Part shown: positions 1 through 8,798 of the stretch, piece by piece | Position numbering within the stretch: the stretch's first letter is position 1 | Layout: each line of letters starts with the position of its first letter | Assembly (NCBI GenBank): GCA_031416075.1 | Contig: JANOSY010000059.1 | Coordinates: forward strand, 1 to 22,271 | From: Candidatus Tenderia sp. | Lineage (GTDB): Bacteria > Pseudomonadota > Gammaproteobacteria > Tenderiales > Tenderiaceae | Length of the DNA stretch: 22,271 nt | Direction of reading: 5' to 3' | Notes under the pieces: model-generated | Told to the model about the DNA's origin: nothing | The model's input: the letters and a program-made list of their open reading frames with translations, nothing else | Databases searched by the model: none | Translations under genes and position numbers: made by a program

Positions 1-142
1 CGTAGGCTTTAGACTCACCACCAAATTTCTTTGATTGTATAACGGTCAGTGCCGCTGTCAATGTCGTTTTACCGTGATCGACATGACCGATGGTGCCCAC
101 GTTTACGTGGGGCTTAGTACGTTCAAACTTTGCCTTGGACAT
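1..142 (-). CDS. tuf: Elongation factor Tu, 5' part (runs off the window start)
   Basis: Manual translation of the reverse strand from ATG at 142 gives [32 protein letters not shown], the EF-Tu N-terminus with the G1 motif. AGAGGG RBS upstream; lies downstream of the tRNA cluster. Confidence 0.98.
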   Translation of the reverse strand, partial: MSKAKFERTKPHVNVGTIGHVDHGKTTLTAALTVIQSKKFGGESKAY

Positions 143-237
143 TAGAGCGCCCTCTTTAATCTAAAAAGTAATTTACAGTTGACCAAACCCAAAACCACTA
201 TTGCGACTACAATACCCGCGCAATCAATACAAAAACC

Positions 238-312
<75 letters not shown>

Positions 313-392
313 GCTATACCTTAAAACACTACTACAACCGGAAATTTTACACTCCACAGCTTTGGAGACAAATCCGGTTGTGACTTGAATTT

Positions 393-466
393 TGGAGCGG
401 GTGGCGGGAATCGAACCCGCGCTATCAGCTTGGAAGGCTGAAGTTCTACCATTGAACTACACCCGC
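393..466 (-). tRNA. tRNA-Gly(TCC)
   Basis: Reverse complement GCGGGTGTAGTTCAATGGTAGAACTTCAGCCTTCCAAGCTGATAGCGCGGGTTCGATTCCCGCCACCCGCTCCA; anticodon TCC, encoded CCA. Confidence 0.97.
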
Positions 467-533
467 CCAGTTACTACACTCACTTGGCGCACCAGCCATC
501 AAACCCGGCCAAGGCTGCTGCGACTTTAAATTC

Positions 534-618
<85 letters not shown>

Positions 619-626
619 ACTAAGAA

Positions 627-662
627 GGCGGCTATTTTGGATTAGCAGCTCCATTCTGTCAA
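627..662 (-). promoter_or_regulatory. sigma70 promoter of the tRNA-tuf operon with GC-rich discriminator
   Basis: Minus strand TTGACA (657-662), 17-nt spacer, CAAAAT (634-639), then AGCCGCC just before tRNA-Tyr; typical stable-RNA promoter. Confidence 0.8.
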
Positions 663-785
663 CAGCAATCACTGACAAACTTTAAGATTATCGCCAATAC
701 GGCAAAACAGCCTGCTTAGGTGCTTTAACCGGCCAAGATCAAGCTGTTATGATGCAGCATCAGAACATTTTCAGGGTTAAAAACG

Positions 786-1808
786 ATGAGCAACGGCACT
801 ATCCTAGTCACTGGCGGCGCGGGCTATATCGGCAGCCATGTTGTTAAACAGCTGTTAAACCAGGGGCGAAAAGTGGTTGTGCTGGATGATCTGTCGACCG
901 GCTTCTGCCAGAGTGTACTGGGGGCAGAGCTGATTGTAGGCAGCACAGGCGACGCAGCACTGGTGAGTCAGACACTAGCCCAACATACTATAGGGGCTGT
1001 CATGCACTTTGCGGCCCATACTATCGTGCCCGAGTCGGTCAGCAACCCCCTCAAATATTATAAAAACAATACCTGCAGCAGCCGGACGCTGCTCAATTGC
1101 TGCGCTGACCAAGGCATTGAGCACTTTATATTCTCCTCCACCGCCGCCGTTTACGGCATGCCTGCGGGTGGGTTGGCGCGGGAGGACTCCCCCCTCAACC
1201 CTATCAACCCCTACGGCACCTCCAAACTGATGACGGAGTGGATGTTGCGCGATCTATCGGCCGCTACGCCGTTGCGCCACGTAGTACTGCGCTACTTCAA
1301 CGTTGCTGGCTGCGATACGGATGGCTTGATCGGTCAATCTACCCGTCACGCCACGCTGCTCACCAAGGTCGCCTGCGAGGCGGCGGTGGGCAAACGGGAG
1401 AAGGTGCTGATTTTTGGCACCGATTACAATACCCATGACGGCACCGGGGTGCGTGATTACATTCATGTCGAGGATCTGGCCGACGCCCATCTTAAGGCGC
1501 TGACTTATCTGGAAAACGGGGGCGACTCCAGCACCTTTAACTGCGGTTATGGCCACGGCTATAGTGTTCGCGAAGTGTTGAAGATGGTTGAGAAGATCAA
1601 CGGCGCACCGCTGAATATTGAAGAGATGCCACGTCGTGCCGGCGACCCGCCACAGTTGATTGCCGACGCCAGCCGCATCCGCGCCACACTTGGCTGGACC
1701 CCGGTCCACGACAATCTGGAGACCATTGTGACCACTGCCCTGAATTGGGAGAAAAGATTGCTGACAGACGACTTTCGTGACCCCATTACCACTAGCGGTC
1801 ACTCATAA
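786..1808 (+). CDS. galE: UDP-glucose 4-epimerase
   Basis: TGGAGYIGSH Rossmann motif, FSSTAAVYG, YGTSK (YxxxK), LRYFNVAG, GTGVRDYIHVEDLA. Confidence 0.93.
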   Translation: MSNGTILVTGGAGYIGSHVVKQLLNQGRKVVVLDDLSTGFCQSVLGAELIVGSTGDAALVSQTLAQHTIGAVMHFAAHTIVPESVSNPLKYYKNNTCSSRTLLNCCADQGIEHFIFSSTAAVYGMPAGGLAREDSPLNPINPYGTSKLMTEWMLRDLSAATPLRHVVLRYFNVAGCDTDGLIGQSTRHATLLTKVACEAAVGKREKVLIFGTDYNTHDGTGVRDYIHVEDLADAHLKALTYLENGGDSSTFNCGYGHGYSVREVLKMVEKINGAPLNIEEMPRRAGDPPQLIADASRIRATLGWTPVHDNLETIVTTALNWEKRLLTDDFRDPITTSGHS

Positions 1809-1856
1809 AACAGACATGCTATTTATATACACCTCATATACGCCTCTTTGTAACAC

Positions 1857-1887
1857 CCCTGGCGACGGCTAGAGACCATCGCCAGGG
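1857..1887. terminator. Hairpin between convergent galE and ilvD
   Basis: CCCTGGCGACGG-ctagaga-CCATCGCCAGGG inverted repeat, 7 nt after the ilvD stop. Confidence 0.6.
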
Positions 1888-1894
1888 AGACTCT

Positions 1895-3745
1895 TTAACG
1901 CTTCACTTGACTCACATCACGTACCGCGCCGCGCGAAGCGCTGGTTGTCATGGCCGCATAGGCCCACAGCGCATCACTCACCTGACGCTGACGATTGACC
2001 GGCTTCCACGCCGCATCACCTTTGGCCTCCATCGCCTGACGTCGTGTCGCCAACAGCTCATCGGAGATCGCTACGTTGATGGTGCGATTCGGGATATCTA
2101 TCTCGATGAGATCACCCTCTTCAATCAGACCGATGGCACCACCCTCTGCCGCCTCCGGTGAGGCGTGACCGATCGACAGGCCAGAAGTACCACCCGAGAA
2201 ACGACCATCGGTAAACAGCGCACACGCCTTACCCAGCCCTTTCGACTTCAGATAGCTGGTGGGATACAACATCTCCTGCATGCCCGGACCACCACGCGGC
2301 CCTTCGTAACGGATAATGACCACATCACCCTCTTTAATCTTGTCACCCAGGATCGCCTCAACCGTTGCATCCTGGCTCTCAAAGATGCGCGCCGGGCCGG
2401 AGAACTTAAGGATCGAATCATCAACGCCGGCAGTCTTTACCACACAACCATCCACGGCGATATTGCCGTGCAGGACCGCCAGCCCACCCTCACTGCTGTA
2501 GGCGTGCGCCATGTCACGGATACACCCGTTGACACGATCCAGGTCGAGCGTCGGCCAGCGTTTGGCTTGGCTGAACGCCTGCTGGGTTCGCACGTTACCG
2601 GGACCGGCACGATAGAAGCTATGCAGCTCATCATCATCATTACGGCGGATATCCCAGCGCTCCAGCGCCTCCGCCAGCGTCTTGGCGTGGGCCATCGGCA
2701 CATCCATATTGAGCAGACCACCACGAGCCAGCTCACCCAGAATCGCCATCACGCCACCAGCACGGTGCACATCTTCCATATGATAGAGCTGGGTAGACGG
2801 CGCGACCTTGCAGAGTTGCGGCACCTTGCGTGAGATGCGGTCGATATCGGCAACATTGAAGTCCACCTGCCCCTCCTCCGCTGCCGCCAACAGATGCAGG
2901 ATGGTATTGGTCGAACCACCCATGGCCACGTCGAGACAGACGGCATTTTCAAAGGCCGCCTTGGTGGCGATAGAACGTGGCAGCGCCGACTCATCGTCCT
3001 GCTCGTAATAACGTTTGGCCAACTCAACCACGAGACGACCAGCTCGCAGAAACAGATCCTCACGGTCGGCGTGGGTTGCCAGCATCGAGCCATTACCCGG
3101 CAGCGACAGCCCCAGCGCCTCGGTCAGGCAGTTCATCGAATTGGCGGTAAACATACCGGAACAAGAGCCACAGGTCGGACAGGCCGAGCGCTCCATCGTC
3201 GCCACATCCTCATCAGATTGAGTGGGATCGGCGGCCGAGACCATTGCATCCACCAGATCAAGATGCACCTCTTTACCCCCAATAACCGCCTTGCCTGATT
3301 CCATGGGTCCACCCGAAACAAACACCACGGGGATATTCAGCCGCATCGCCGCATTCAACATACCGGGCGTGATCTTGTCACAGTTGGAGATACAGACGAT
3401 GGCATCCGCGCAGTGGGCGTTCACCATATACTCCACCGAATCGGTGATCAGCTCGCGCGACGGCAGCGAATACAACATGCCGCCGTGGCCCATGGCGATA
3501 CCATCATCAACGGCGATGGTATTAAACTCCTTGGCCACGCCCCCCGCCTTCTCGATCTCACGCGCCACCAGCTGCCCCATATCTTTCAGATGCACATGGC
3601 CCGGCACAAACTGGGTAAAGGAGTTGGCCACCGCAATAATCGGCTTGCCAAAATCCCCATCCTTCATGCCTGTGGCACGCCACAAGGCGCGGGCGCCGGC
3701 CATGTTGCGGCCGCTGGTAGAGGTACGGGAACGGTATTCAGGCAT
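1895..3745 (-). CDS. ilvD: Dihydroxy-acid dehydratase
   Basis: [78 protein letters not shown]; 616 aa. Confidence 0.98.
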   Translation of the reverse strand: MPEYRSRTSTSGRNMAGARALWRATGMKDGDFGKPIIAVANSFTQFVPGHVHLKDMGQLVAREIEKAGGVAKEFNTIAVDDGIAMGHGGMLYSLPSRELITDSVEYMVNAHCADAIVCISNCDKITPGMLNAAMRLNIPVVFVSGGPMESGKAVIGGKEVHLDLVDAMVSAADPTQSDEDVATMERSACPTCGSCSGMFTANSMNCLTEALGLSLPGNGSMLATHADREDLFLRAGRLVVELAKRYYEQDDESALPRSIATKAAFENAVCLDVAMGGSTNTILHLLAAAEEGQVDFNVADIDRISRKVPQLCKVAPSTQLYHMEDVHRAGGVMAILGELARGGLLNMDVPMAHAKTLAEALERWDIRRNDDDELHSFYRAGPGNVRTQQAFSQAKRWPTLDLDRVNGCIRDMAHAYSSEGGLAVLHGNIAVDGCVVKTAGVDDSILKFSGPARIFESQDATVEAILGDKIKEGDVVIIRYEGPRGGPGMQEMLYPTSYLKSKGLGKACALFTDGRFSGGTSGLSIGHASPEAAEGGAIGLIEEGDLIEIDIPNRTINVAISDELLATRRQAMEAKGDAAWKPVNRQRQVSDALWAYAAMTTSASRGAVRDVSQVKR

Positions 3746-3868
3746 GGCAATAACCTCGATATCAATATAATTTGGAAAGGGGTCTAAGATAGCAAATTTG
3801 AGTGGCTAGGCGTAGGGCGGGCATCACTTATCTGTCCAGACCATCAATGCAAGACAGGAGACAGAACC

Positions 3869-4654
3869 ATGACAACCACAACCAGAATGCCAGCCCTCTT
3901 TATCGGCCACGGCAACCCCATGTACGCTATCGAACCAAACCACTACACCCATGGCTGGTGCCAGCTGGCACAGACACTACCGCGCCCCAAGGCAATCCTT
4001 GCCATCTCCGCCCACTGGTACATCAACCACACCGCCGTCACCGCCATGACTCAGCCACGCACGATTCATGATTTCGGCGGCTTTCCGCAAGCGTTGTTTG
4101 ATGTGCAATACCCCGCCCCCGGTGCCCCCGCACTGGCGCAACGCATCCAGCAATTGCTGGCACCCGTGGCAGTAAAACTCGACCACGAATGGGGACTCGA
4201 CCACGGCAGCTGGTCGGTACTGATACACACCCACCCAGAGGCCAATATCCCCGTCGTCCAGCTCAGCATCGACGCCACGCAATCCCCCGCCTGGCACTAC
4301 GCATTGGCCAAACAACTCAGACCGCTGCGTGACGAAGGAGTGCTTATCCTTGGCAGCGGCAACATCGTGCACAACCTCGGCCGACTCAACTGGAGCGCCA
4401 ATGCCCCGGCTTACGAATGGGCCGAACGGTTCTCCCACTGGATACAGACAGAGCTACGCAACAACAACCCCAGCGCACTTATCCACTACCTCAGCCAAGA
4501 AGATGCCCCGCTCAGCGTACCCACACCCGAGCACTACCTGCCGCTGCTGTATGTGATTGCACAGCAACAGCCAGGAGAGAAATTTGGGCTGCCGATGGGC
4601 GGGATTGATATGGGGGCGATTGACATGCAGATGGTGACGGTGGGGATGGGGTGA
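3869..4654 (+). CDS. ygiD: 4,5-DOPA extradiol dioxygenase (LigB/YgiD family)
   Basis: MPALFIGHGNPM, ISAHW, TIHDFGGFP, WGLDHGSW, GSGNIVHNL, PTPEHYLPLLY; AGGAG RBS. Confidence 0.92.
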   Translation: MTTTTRMPALFIGHGNPMYAIEPNHYTHGWCQLAQTLPRPKAILAISAHWYINHTAVTAMTQPRTIHDFGGFPQALFDVQYPAPGAPALAQRIQQLLAPVAVKLDHEWGLDHGSWSVLIHTHPEANIPVVQLSIDATQSPAWHYALAKQLRPLRDEGVLILGSGNIVHNLGRLNWSANAPAYEWAERFSHWIQTELRNNNPSALIHYLSQEDAPLSVPTPEHYLPLLYVIAQQQPGEKFGLPMGGIDMGAIDMQMVTVGMG

Positions 4655-4759
4655 CAGAGCAGATCAGGCATCATTCAACAACAAAAAAGAGGGATTTGAA
4701 GACAGGGGACGACACATAAAGAAAAGCCAACAAACTCAAAATACTGCTTCAAAACAGAG

Positions 4760-4789
4760 TTGAGGAGGCCTTCACCACAGCCTCCTCAA
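4760..4789. terminator. Inverted repeat, probable terminator for the parA-small ORF operon (convergent with ygiD)
   Basis: TTGAGGAGGC-N10-GCCTCCTCAA, a perfect 10-bp stem. Confidence 0.6.
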
Positions 4790-4834
4790 ACATCCCCACC
4801 GCCAAACGATACGACAGCGATGTCCGAACGTTAA

Positions 4835-4996
4835 TTAGTCAGGCCATACACGCCGCGAAGGGATGATCGGCAACGGCGCATCCTCTCGTTTGGTTGCCGG
4901 TTTGACCGGAGCTACCGGTTCGGTTGTGGTTTTGTCTGCCTGCTGCGCCTTAGCCTGACGTACACTGCCGGCCAGTTTTGATCCTATTTGACTCAT
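4835..4996 (-). CDS. 53-aa McdB-like ParA partner protein (not in ORF track)
   Basis: Manual translation MSQIGSKLAGSVRQAKAQQADKTTTEPVAPVKPATKREDAPLPIIPSRRVWPD*. Starts 2 nt after the parA stop, with a GAGGAGG RBS in the parA 3' end. Basic N-terminus, P/T/A-rich middle and C-terminal VWPD, as in alpha-carboxysome McdB. Confidence 0.85.
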   Translation of the reverse strand: MSQIGSKLAGSVRQAKAQQADKTTTEPVAPVKPATKREDAPLPIIPSRRVWPD

Positions 4997-4998
4997 GG

Positions 4999-5631
4999 TT
5001 ATATAACCTCCTCGATGATGGACTCAATCTCCTGGGCAGCCGCTTCGCCGCGTTTGCCCAGACAAAAAACACTGGCACCTTCAATGGCTGATGTTCGATA
5101 CACCGCCCGGCGACGCAAACCGCCTTTGAGCGATGGAATGTCAAACTCAGCCAGTGCCTGCTGCATGCCGCGTGATAACGCATTACGCGGTTCGAGCTGG
5201 TTGATGACTAAATAGGCCCCCAGCTTAGGGTTGCCCAGTTTGGCCTGCTCAATGGTCTGAGCCAACCGCACACTGGCCCACAGGTCAATCGGCGAGGGCA
5301 ATACCGGTATCAGTATAGTATCTGACGCTGACATGGCCAACCGCGTGGTCTCAGTCTCCAGCGTGGGTGGGCAGTCGATCACTACGTACTGGTAGTCCTG
5401 GCGAAAACGGTTGACCTCACGCGCCAGATTACCCGCCACGGCAATCACCGAGACTGGAAACGGGCGGTTATCGGGGGCTAGCCCGGTCCACTGCCCTGCC
5501 GACCCTTGTGGGTCTGCGTCGATCACCAGTGTGCGTCCACGCCGCGCCAATCCGGCGGCAAAGTTCATGCTCAGGGTTGTTTTGCCTGTGCCGCCTTTCT
5601 GATTTGAAACTGCAAAAACCTTTGCTAACAT
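4999..5631 (-). CDS. ParA/MinD-family ATPase (McdA-like), 210 aa
   Basis: Deviant Walker A KGGTGKTT, IDADPQGS, Walker B VVIDCPP, basic C-terminal patch RRRAVYR. Start placed at ATG 5631 (MLAKVFAV) instead of the ORF-track GTG 5724. Confidence 0.92.
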   Translation of the reverse strand: MLAKVFAVSNQKGGTGKTTLSMNFAAGLARRGRTLVIDADPQGSAGQWTGLAPDNRPFPVSVIAVAGNLAREVNRFRQDYQYVVIDCPPTLETETTRLAMSASDTILIPVLPSPIDLWASVRLAQTIEQAKLGNPKLGAYLVINQLEPRNALSRGMQQALAEFDIPSLKGGLRRRAVYRTSAIEGASVFCLGKRGEAAAQEIESIIEEVI

Positions 5632-5662
5632 ACAATGTTTCCAGTTTGGCCGGTGAGACAGG

Positions 5663-5671
5663 ATTCTAGCA
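5663..5671 (-). promoter_or_regulatory. Candidate extended -10 promoter for the parA operon
   Basis: Minus strand TGCTAGAAT (TGn + TAGAAT) about 30 nt upstream of the parA ATG. Confidence 0.45.
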
Positions 5672-5749
5672 TGGGCTTGCCGTCCGGCAGTGTAATTATG
5701 GTGCGATGGTGGCCCACCGGGCACACAGCCCGATCCTGGGATCTGCCAA

Positions 5750-6988
5750 CTAAATCACGCCGGGAATAAAACGGTATTTCACCCGCTTCATGTACTCACG
5801 ATACTCCGCATGTTTACGTAGGTGGCGCTCCTCTGTGTAGGCACGCAATATATAGAGTACATTCCACGCCAGATGACCAATAATCAGCTGTGGCGATGCC
5901 CAGAACTGAGCGTAAAAGGCGGTCTGCAGCCACCAGAGCGAGAGCTTGCAGACAGTGCCAGGATGACGAATGATGCCATAAGGCCCCCGCGTCTGTAGCC
6001 GTTTTAGTGTGATGTTGACCCCTGACGGCCCAAGGGAGACGTCTGAATAGATCAGCGCCAACAGCAACACAATCTCAACCATCTTGAAGATGTAGAGACC
6101 GGTCTGCTCGGCAAACACAAAACTTTCCGGCGCAACATTGGCAATAAACGGCCCAAAGGGGAAGAGTGTGCCGGTCACCTGATTCAGGGGCTCATAACAG
6201 GCCATGCAGACCAGCCAGCCACCCACGGTCATATCAATGGAACGGGTACGGTTTTCCGCCCAGCGCGACTCGATACTGTAACCGGCACTGGCAACCAGCG
6301 CATCCATAAACCAGAGTATGGACGATAGCCAGACCAGAACCGTCATCAGGTTGTAATTATTAAAGTTATCCGCTGAAAAGCGAATGGCACTGTCCATGGT
6401 GATGTAGATCTGCACCACCATAAAGGGGATGAAGTAGGCGCGCATCACCAGATTTAATAATACCTTGCGGTTATAGGCTTTATCCAACACCGCAAACCGC
6501 CGGTTCCCCCGCACCATAAAACCGAGACTGATCTGCTTCAGGATATGCAGCAGCCTTACCGCCGGGTCGTAAAAATCCTCAACCCGTGACGCCTTAAATA
6601 TCAGGGTCAACAAAAAATAGGGGATGCCGGCAACCAAATAGATATTCAGCAACGCGTCCAGAAACTCCATGCTTTTGTCATAGCGCTGATAGTAGGGATG
6701 GCTGCCAAGAAACTTAATGCCTATAAAAAGCACCACCATCCAGACCACATACCGCGCCACCGCCCGCCGCAGCAGCGGCACCACACGGATATTCTTATCT
6801 ACATAGAAGTGGCTTAAGCCGCGCCACTGGCGGATAAAATTAGCAGCTCCCCAAAAAAGCACCATTGCAAAAATGGGCAAAAAGAACCACTCATCCAGAC
6901 CGCCAAACGTCTTAAAACCGAAATAGGAGAGTGCCGTGGCCATTACCGCCATCAGTACATAGGCGTGGGGGGAGATATTGCTATTCAT
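5750..6988 (-). CDS. Polytopic membrane protein with C-terminal isoprenylcysteine carboxyl methyltransferase (ICMT/PEMT)-like domain
   Basis: Many hydrophobic segments; C-terminal LQTRGPYGIIRHP, RAYTEERHL and YREYMKRVKYRFIP motifs typical of the ICMT/PEMT family. ATG 6988 is preceded by AGGT at 6 nt; alternative TTG start at 6994. Confidence 0.8.
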   Translation of the reverse strand: MNSNISPHAYVLMAVMATALSYFGFKTFGGLDEWFFLPIFAMVLFWGAANFIRQWRGLSHFYVDKNIRVVPLLRRAVARYVVWMVVLFIGIKFLGSHPYYQRYDKSMEFLDALLNIYLVAGIPYFLLTLIFKASRVEDFYDPAVRLLHILKQISLGFMVRGNRRFAVLDKAYNRKVLLNLVMRAYFIPFMVVQIYITMDSAIRFSADNFNNYNLMTVLVWLSSILWFMDALVASAGYSIESRWAENRTRSIDMTVGGWLVCMACYEPLNQVTGTLFPFGPFIANVAPESFVFAEQTGLYIFKMVEIVLLLALIYSDVSLGPSGVNITLKRLQTRGPYGIIRHPGTVCKLSLWWLQTAFYAQFWASPQLIIGHLAWNVLYILRAYTEERHLRKHAEYREYMKRVKYRFIPGVI

Positions 6989-7230
6989 TTTCAAACCTGT
7001 CGATCAACAAAACACCCCTCAGGGACCCGTTGCGAGCGTTGGCGCATTAATATCCTCTGCATACTATCAGCTACCGAGGGCAGCGCCCCATCCTTCAAAC
7101 ATTTATATCAACGCCAGTGCCAGGCAGCGGTCTACCCAGCCGTCCGTAGATAACCGGGGGCAATCCCGTGACAAATACCGTAAAATAAACCCTCTCTATC
7201 GCGATGCAGACCACCACACCGGAGCCACCG

Positions 7231-8166
7231 ATGCACACCGCCTCAAACAGACTGGCCAAGCTGGAAAAAAAACTGTTGCACTATACCGGCAAGGCCATTG
7301 CCGATTTCAATATGATTCAAAAGGGCGACAAAGTGATGCTCTGCCTCTCGGGCGGCAAGGACAGCTTCACCCTACTTTATATCCTTAACCTGCTACGGCA
7401 ACACAGTAACAACAAATTCGAACTCTTCTCATTCACCCTCGATCAAGGCCAACCCGGCTGGAATGATACAAAACTACACGAATGGATGCAGGAGCACCGC
7501 ATCCCCTACGAGGTCCACAGACAAGATACCTACTCGGTGGTGATCGATAAAGTGCCGGAAGGCAAAACCTACTGTTCGCTCTGTTCGCGTCTGCGGCGTG
7601 GCTCTATTTACACCTACGCCGCCAAACATGGCTATACCAAGGTTGCCCTGGGGCACCACAGAGACGACATGATCACCACGCTGATGATGTCGATCCTCTA
7701 CAACGGCGAGATCAAGTCGATGCCGCCCAAACTGCTCAGCGACAACAAACAACAGATTGTCATCCGCCCCCTCGCCTACTGTCAGGAGGAGGATATCGCC
7801 GAATATGCAGCGTTGCGCGAGTTCCCCATCATCCCCTGCAACCTGTGTGGCTCCCAGGAGAACCTAGCCCGCCAGCGCACCAAACAGCTGCTGAAAAATC
7901 TGGCTCAGGAGAATGAAAAGATCCCCAGCAATATCCTACATGCCCTTCAGGCGCTCCAACCCAGCCAACTGATGGATAAACGATATTGGGATTTCAAAGG
8001 GTTAGAGTCACTGCGCCAGAACGGGGAGTTAGCCAACATTAACGAACCCGTAAACATCGAGCCATTGATGATGACCGATGGCGATGACCCCCTTCCTCAG
8101 CAACAACACAATGACGGGGCAGCCATACAATTTCAACAATCAGCCAGATCACAACATAACCAATAA
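7231..8166 (+). CDS. ttcA: tRNA 2-thiocytidine(32) synthetase
   Basis: PP-loop [44 protein letters not shown] favours ATG 7231 (ORF track starts at 7204). Confidence 0.95.
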   Translation: MHTASNRLAKLEKKLLHYTGKAIADFNMIQKGDKVMLCLSGGKDSFTLLYILNLLRQHSNNKFELFSFTLDQGQPGWNDTKLHEWMQEHRIPYEVHRQDTYSVVIDKVPEGKTYCSLCSRLRRGSIYTYAAKHGYTKVALGHHRDDMITTLMMSILYNGEIKSMPPKLLSDNKQQIVIRPLAYCQEEDIAEYAALREFPIIPCNLCGSQENLARQRTKQLLKNLAQENEKIPSNILHALQALQPSQLMDKRYWDFKGLESLRQNGELANINEPVNIEPLMMTDGDDPLPQQQHNDGAAIQFQQSARSQHNQ

Positions 8167-8170
8167 ACAA

Positions 8171-8202
8171 AAAAGGGGATCCGCAACTGCGAATCCCCTT
8201 TT
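8171..8202. terminator. Bidirectional rho-independent terminator
   Basis: AAAAGGGGAT-ccgcaactgcga-ATCCCCTTTT with A/T tails on both sides, between ttcA and the convergent micro-peptides. Confidence 0.85.
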
Positions 8203-8260
8203 CCATTTAACACACCGAACAGAAAAACGTCATCCGGCGTTCAATATCAAATATAAATAG

Positions 8261-8371
8261 TTAGGCCATCACCTGCCCTGCAAACAGGACCATGGAGATC
8301 ACCACACCCAAGGAAGCAACAATGAAGGGCAGCGAATGCACCATCAGCTGGTTGTCCGTTCCAGTATTCAT
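8261..8371 (-). CDS. 36-aa single-TM small protein (not in ORF track)
   Basis: MNTGTDNQLMVHSLPFIVASLGVVISMVLFAGQVMA*; AGGA RBS-like motifs upstream; similar to the upstream 27-aa peptide. Confidence 0.65.
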   Translation of the reverse strand: MNTGTDNQLMVHSLPFIVASLGVVISMVLFAGQVMA

Positions 8372-8401
8372 ATCCTGATTTTTCCTGTTATACGATGAGG
8401 C

Positions 8402-8485
8402 CTAAGCCATTGCCACGCTGGCAAACAGCGCAACAGAAACAACGATACCAACCAAAGATGCAACAAGTGCCAATGTTTTTTCCAT
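8402..8485 (-). CDS. 27-aa single-TM small protein
   Basis: MEKTLALVASLVGIVVSVALFASVAMA*; GGAGAG RBS 8 nt before ATG 8485. This is the C-terminal part of ORF-track 8402..8596. Confidence 0.7.
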   Translation of the reverse strand: MEKTLALVASLVGIVVSVALFASVAMA

Positions 8486-8581
8486 GATAGTTTCTCTCCA
8501 AAGATTTAGATGTTTATAGTTGGGTTTCCCCCGAAACCCAGACGCCAGAGATAGTAGCTCTGGCTGTCCAGAACAGAAACA

Positions 8582-8629
8582 TAGCAAAATAGTCATCTAT
8601 GTTTCAACTATTTTTTAGCAAAATAGTCA
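8582..8629. promoter_or_regulatory. Direct repeat and palindrome, candidate transcription-factor operator
   Basis: TAGCAAAATAGTCA occurs exactly at 8582-8595 and 8616-8629; the second copy is also part of the inverted repeat ACTATTTT-N5-AAAATAGT. Confidence 0.55.
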
Positions 8630-8798
8630 GAATTAAAGTCATTGAAAACTGTAGGGTTTTTTATTTGCATTGGGCCACACTGCCTCAATTCACGCTACAC
8701 GGATGGTGGAAAAAGAATATAAAAGGCACACTATAGGGCAGACATAAACAGCAAGCGCTGTTTCAGGATCAAAGCGTTAAGAATCTAGGAACAATGCC

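Noticed and set aside
1254-3787. Numerous long overlapping ORFs opposite or within galE and ilvD
   Set aside because: Shadow frames of well-conserved genes with no recognisable motifs. The same applies to ORFs overlapping argA, cysQ, yrfG and others.
4540-4654. Switch from C-rich to G-rich composition at the ygiD 3' end
   Set aside because: Largely explained by Gly/Met/Asp/Val-rich coding, and too short to call a recombination junction.
5632-5724. 31-aa N-terminal extension of ParA from GTG 5724
   Set aside because: The Walker A strand begins right after ATG 5631, and a candidate promoter lies within the extension.
8486-8596. 64-aa version of the first micro-peptide
   Set aside because: Its start lies inside the repeat motif with no RBS, while a strong GGAGAG precedes ATG 8485.
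8582-8629. Direct repeat as a possible CRISPR remnant
   Set aside because: Only two 14-bp copies with a 20-nt gap and no cas genes; I see no CRISPR array anywhere in the window.
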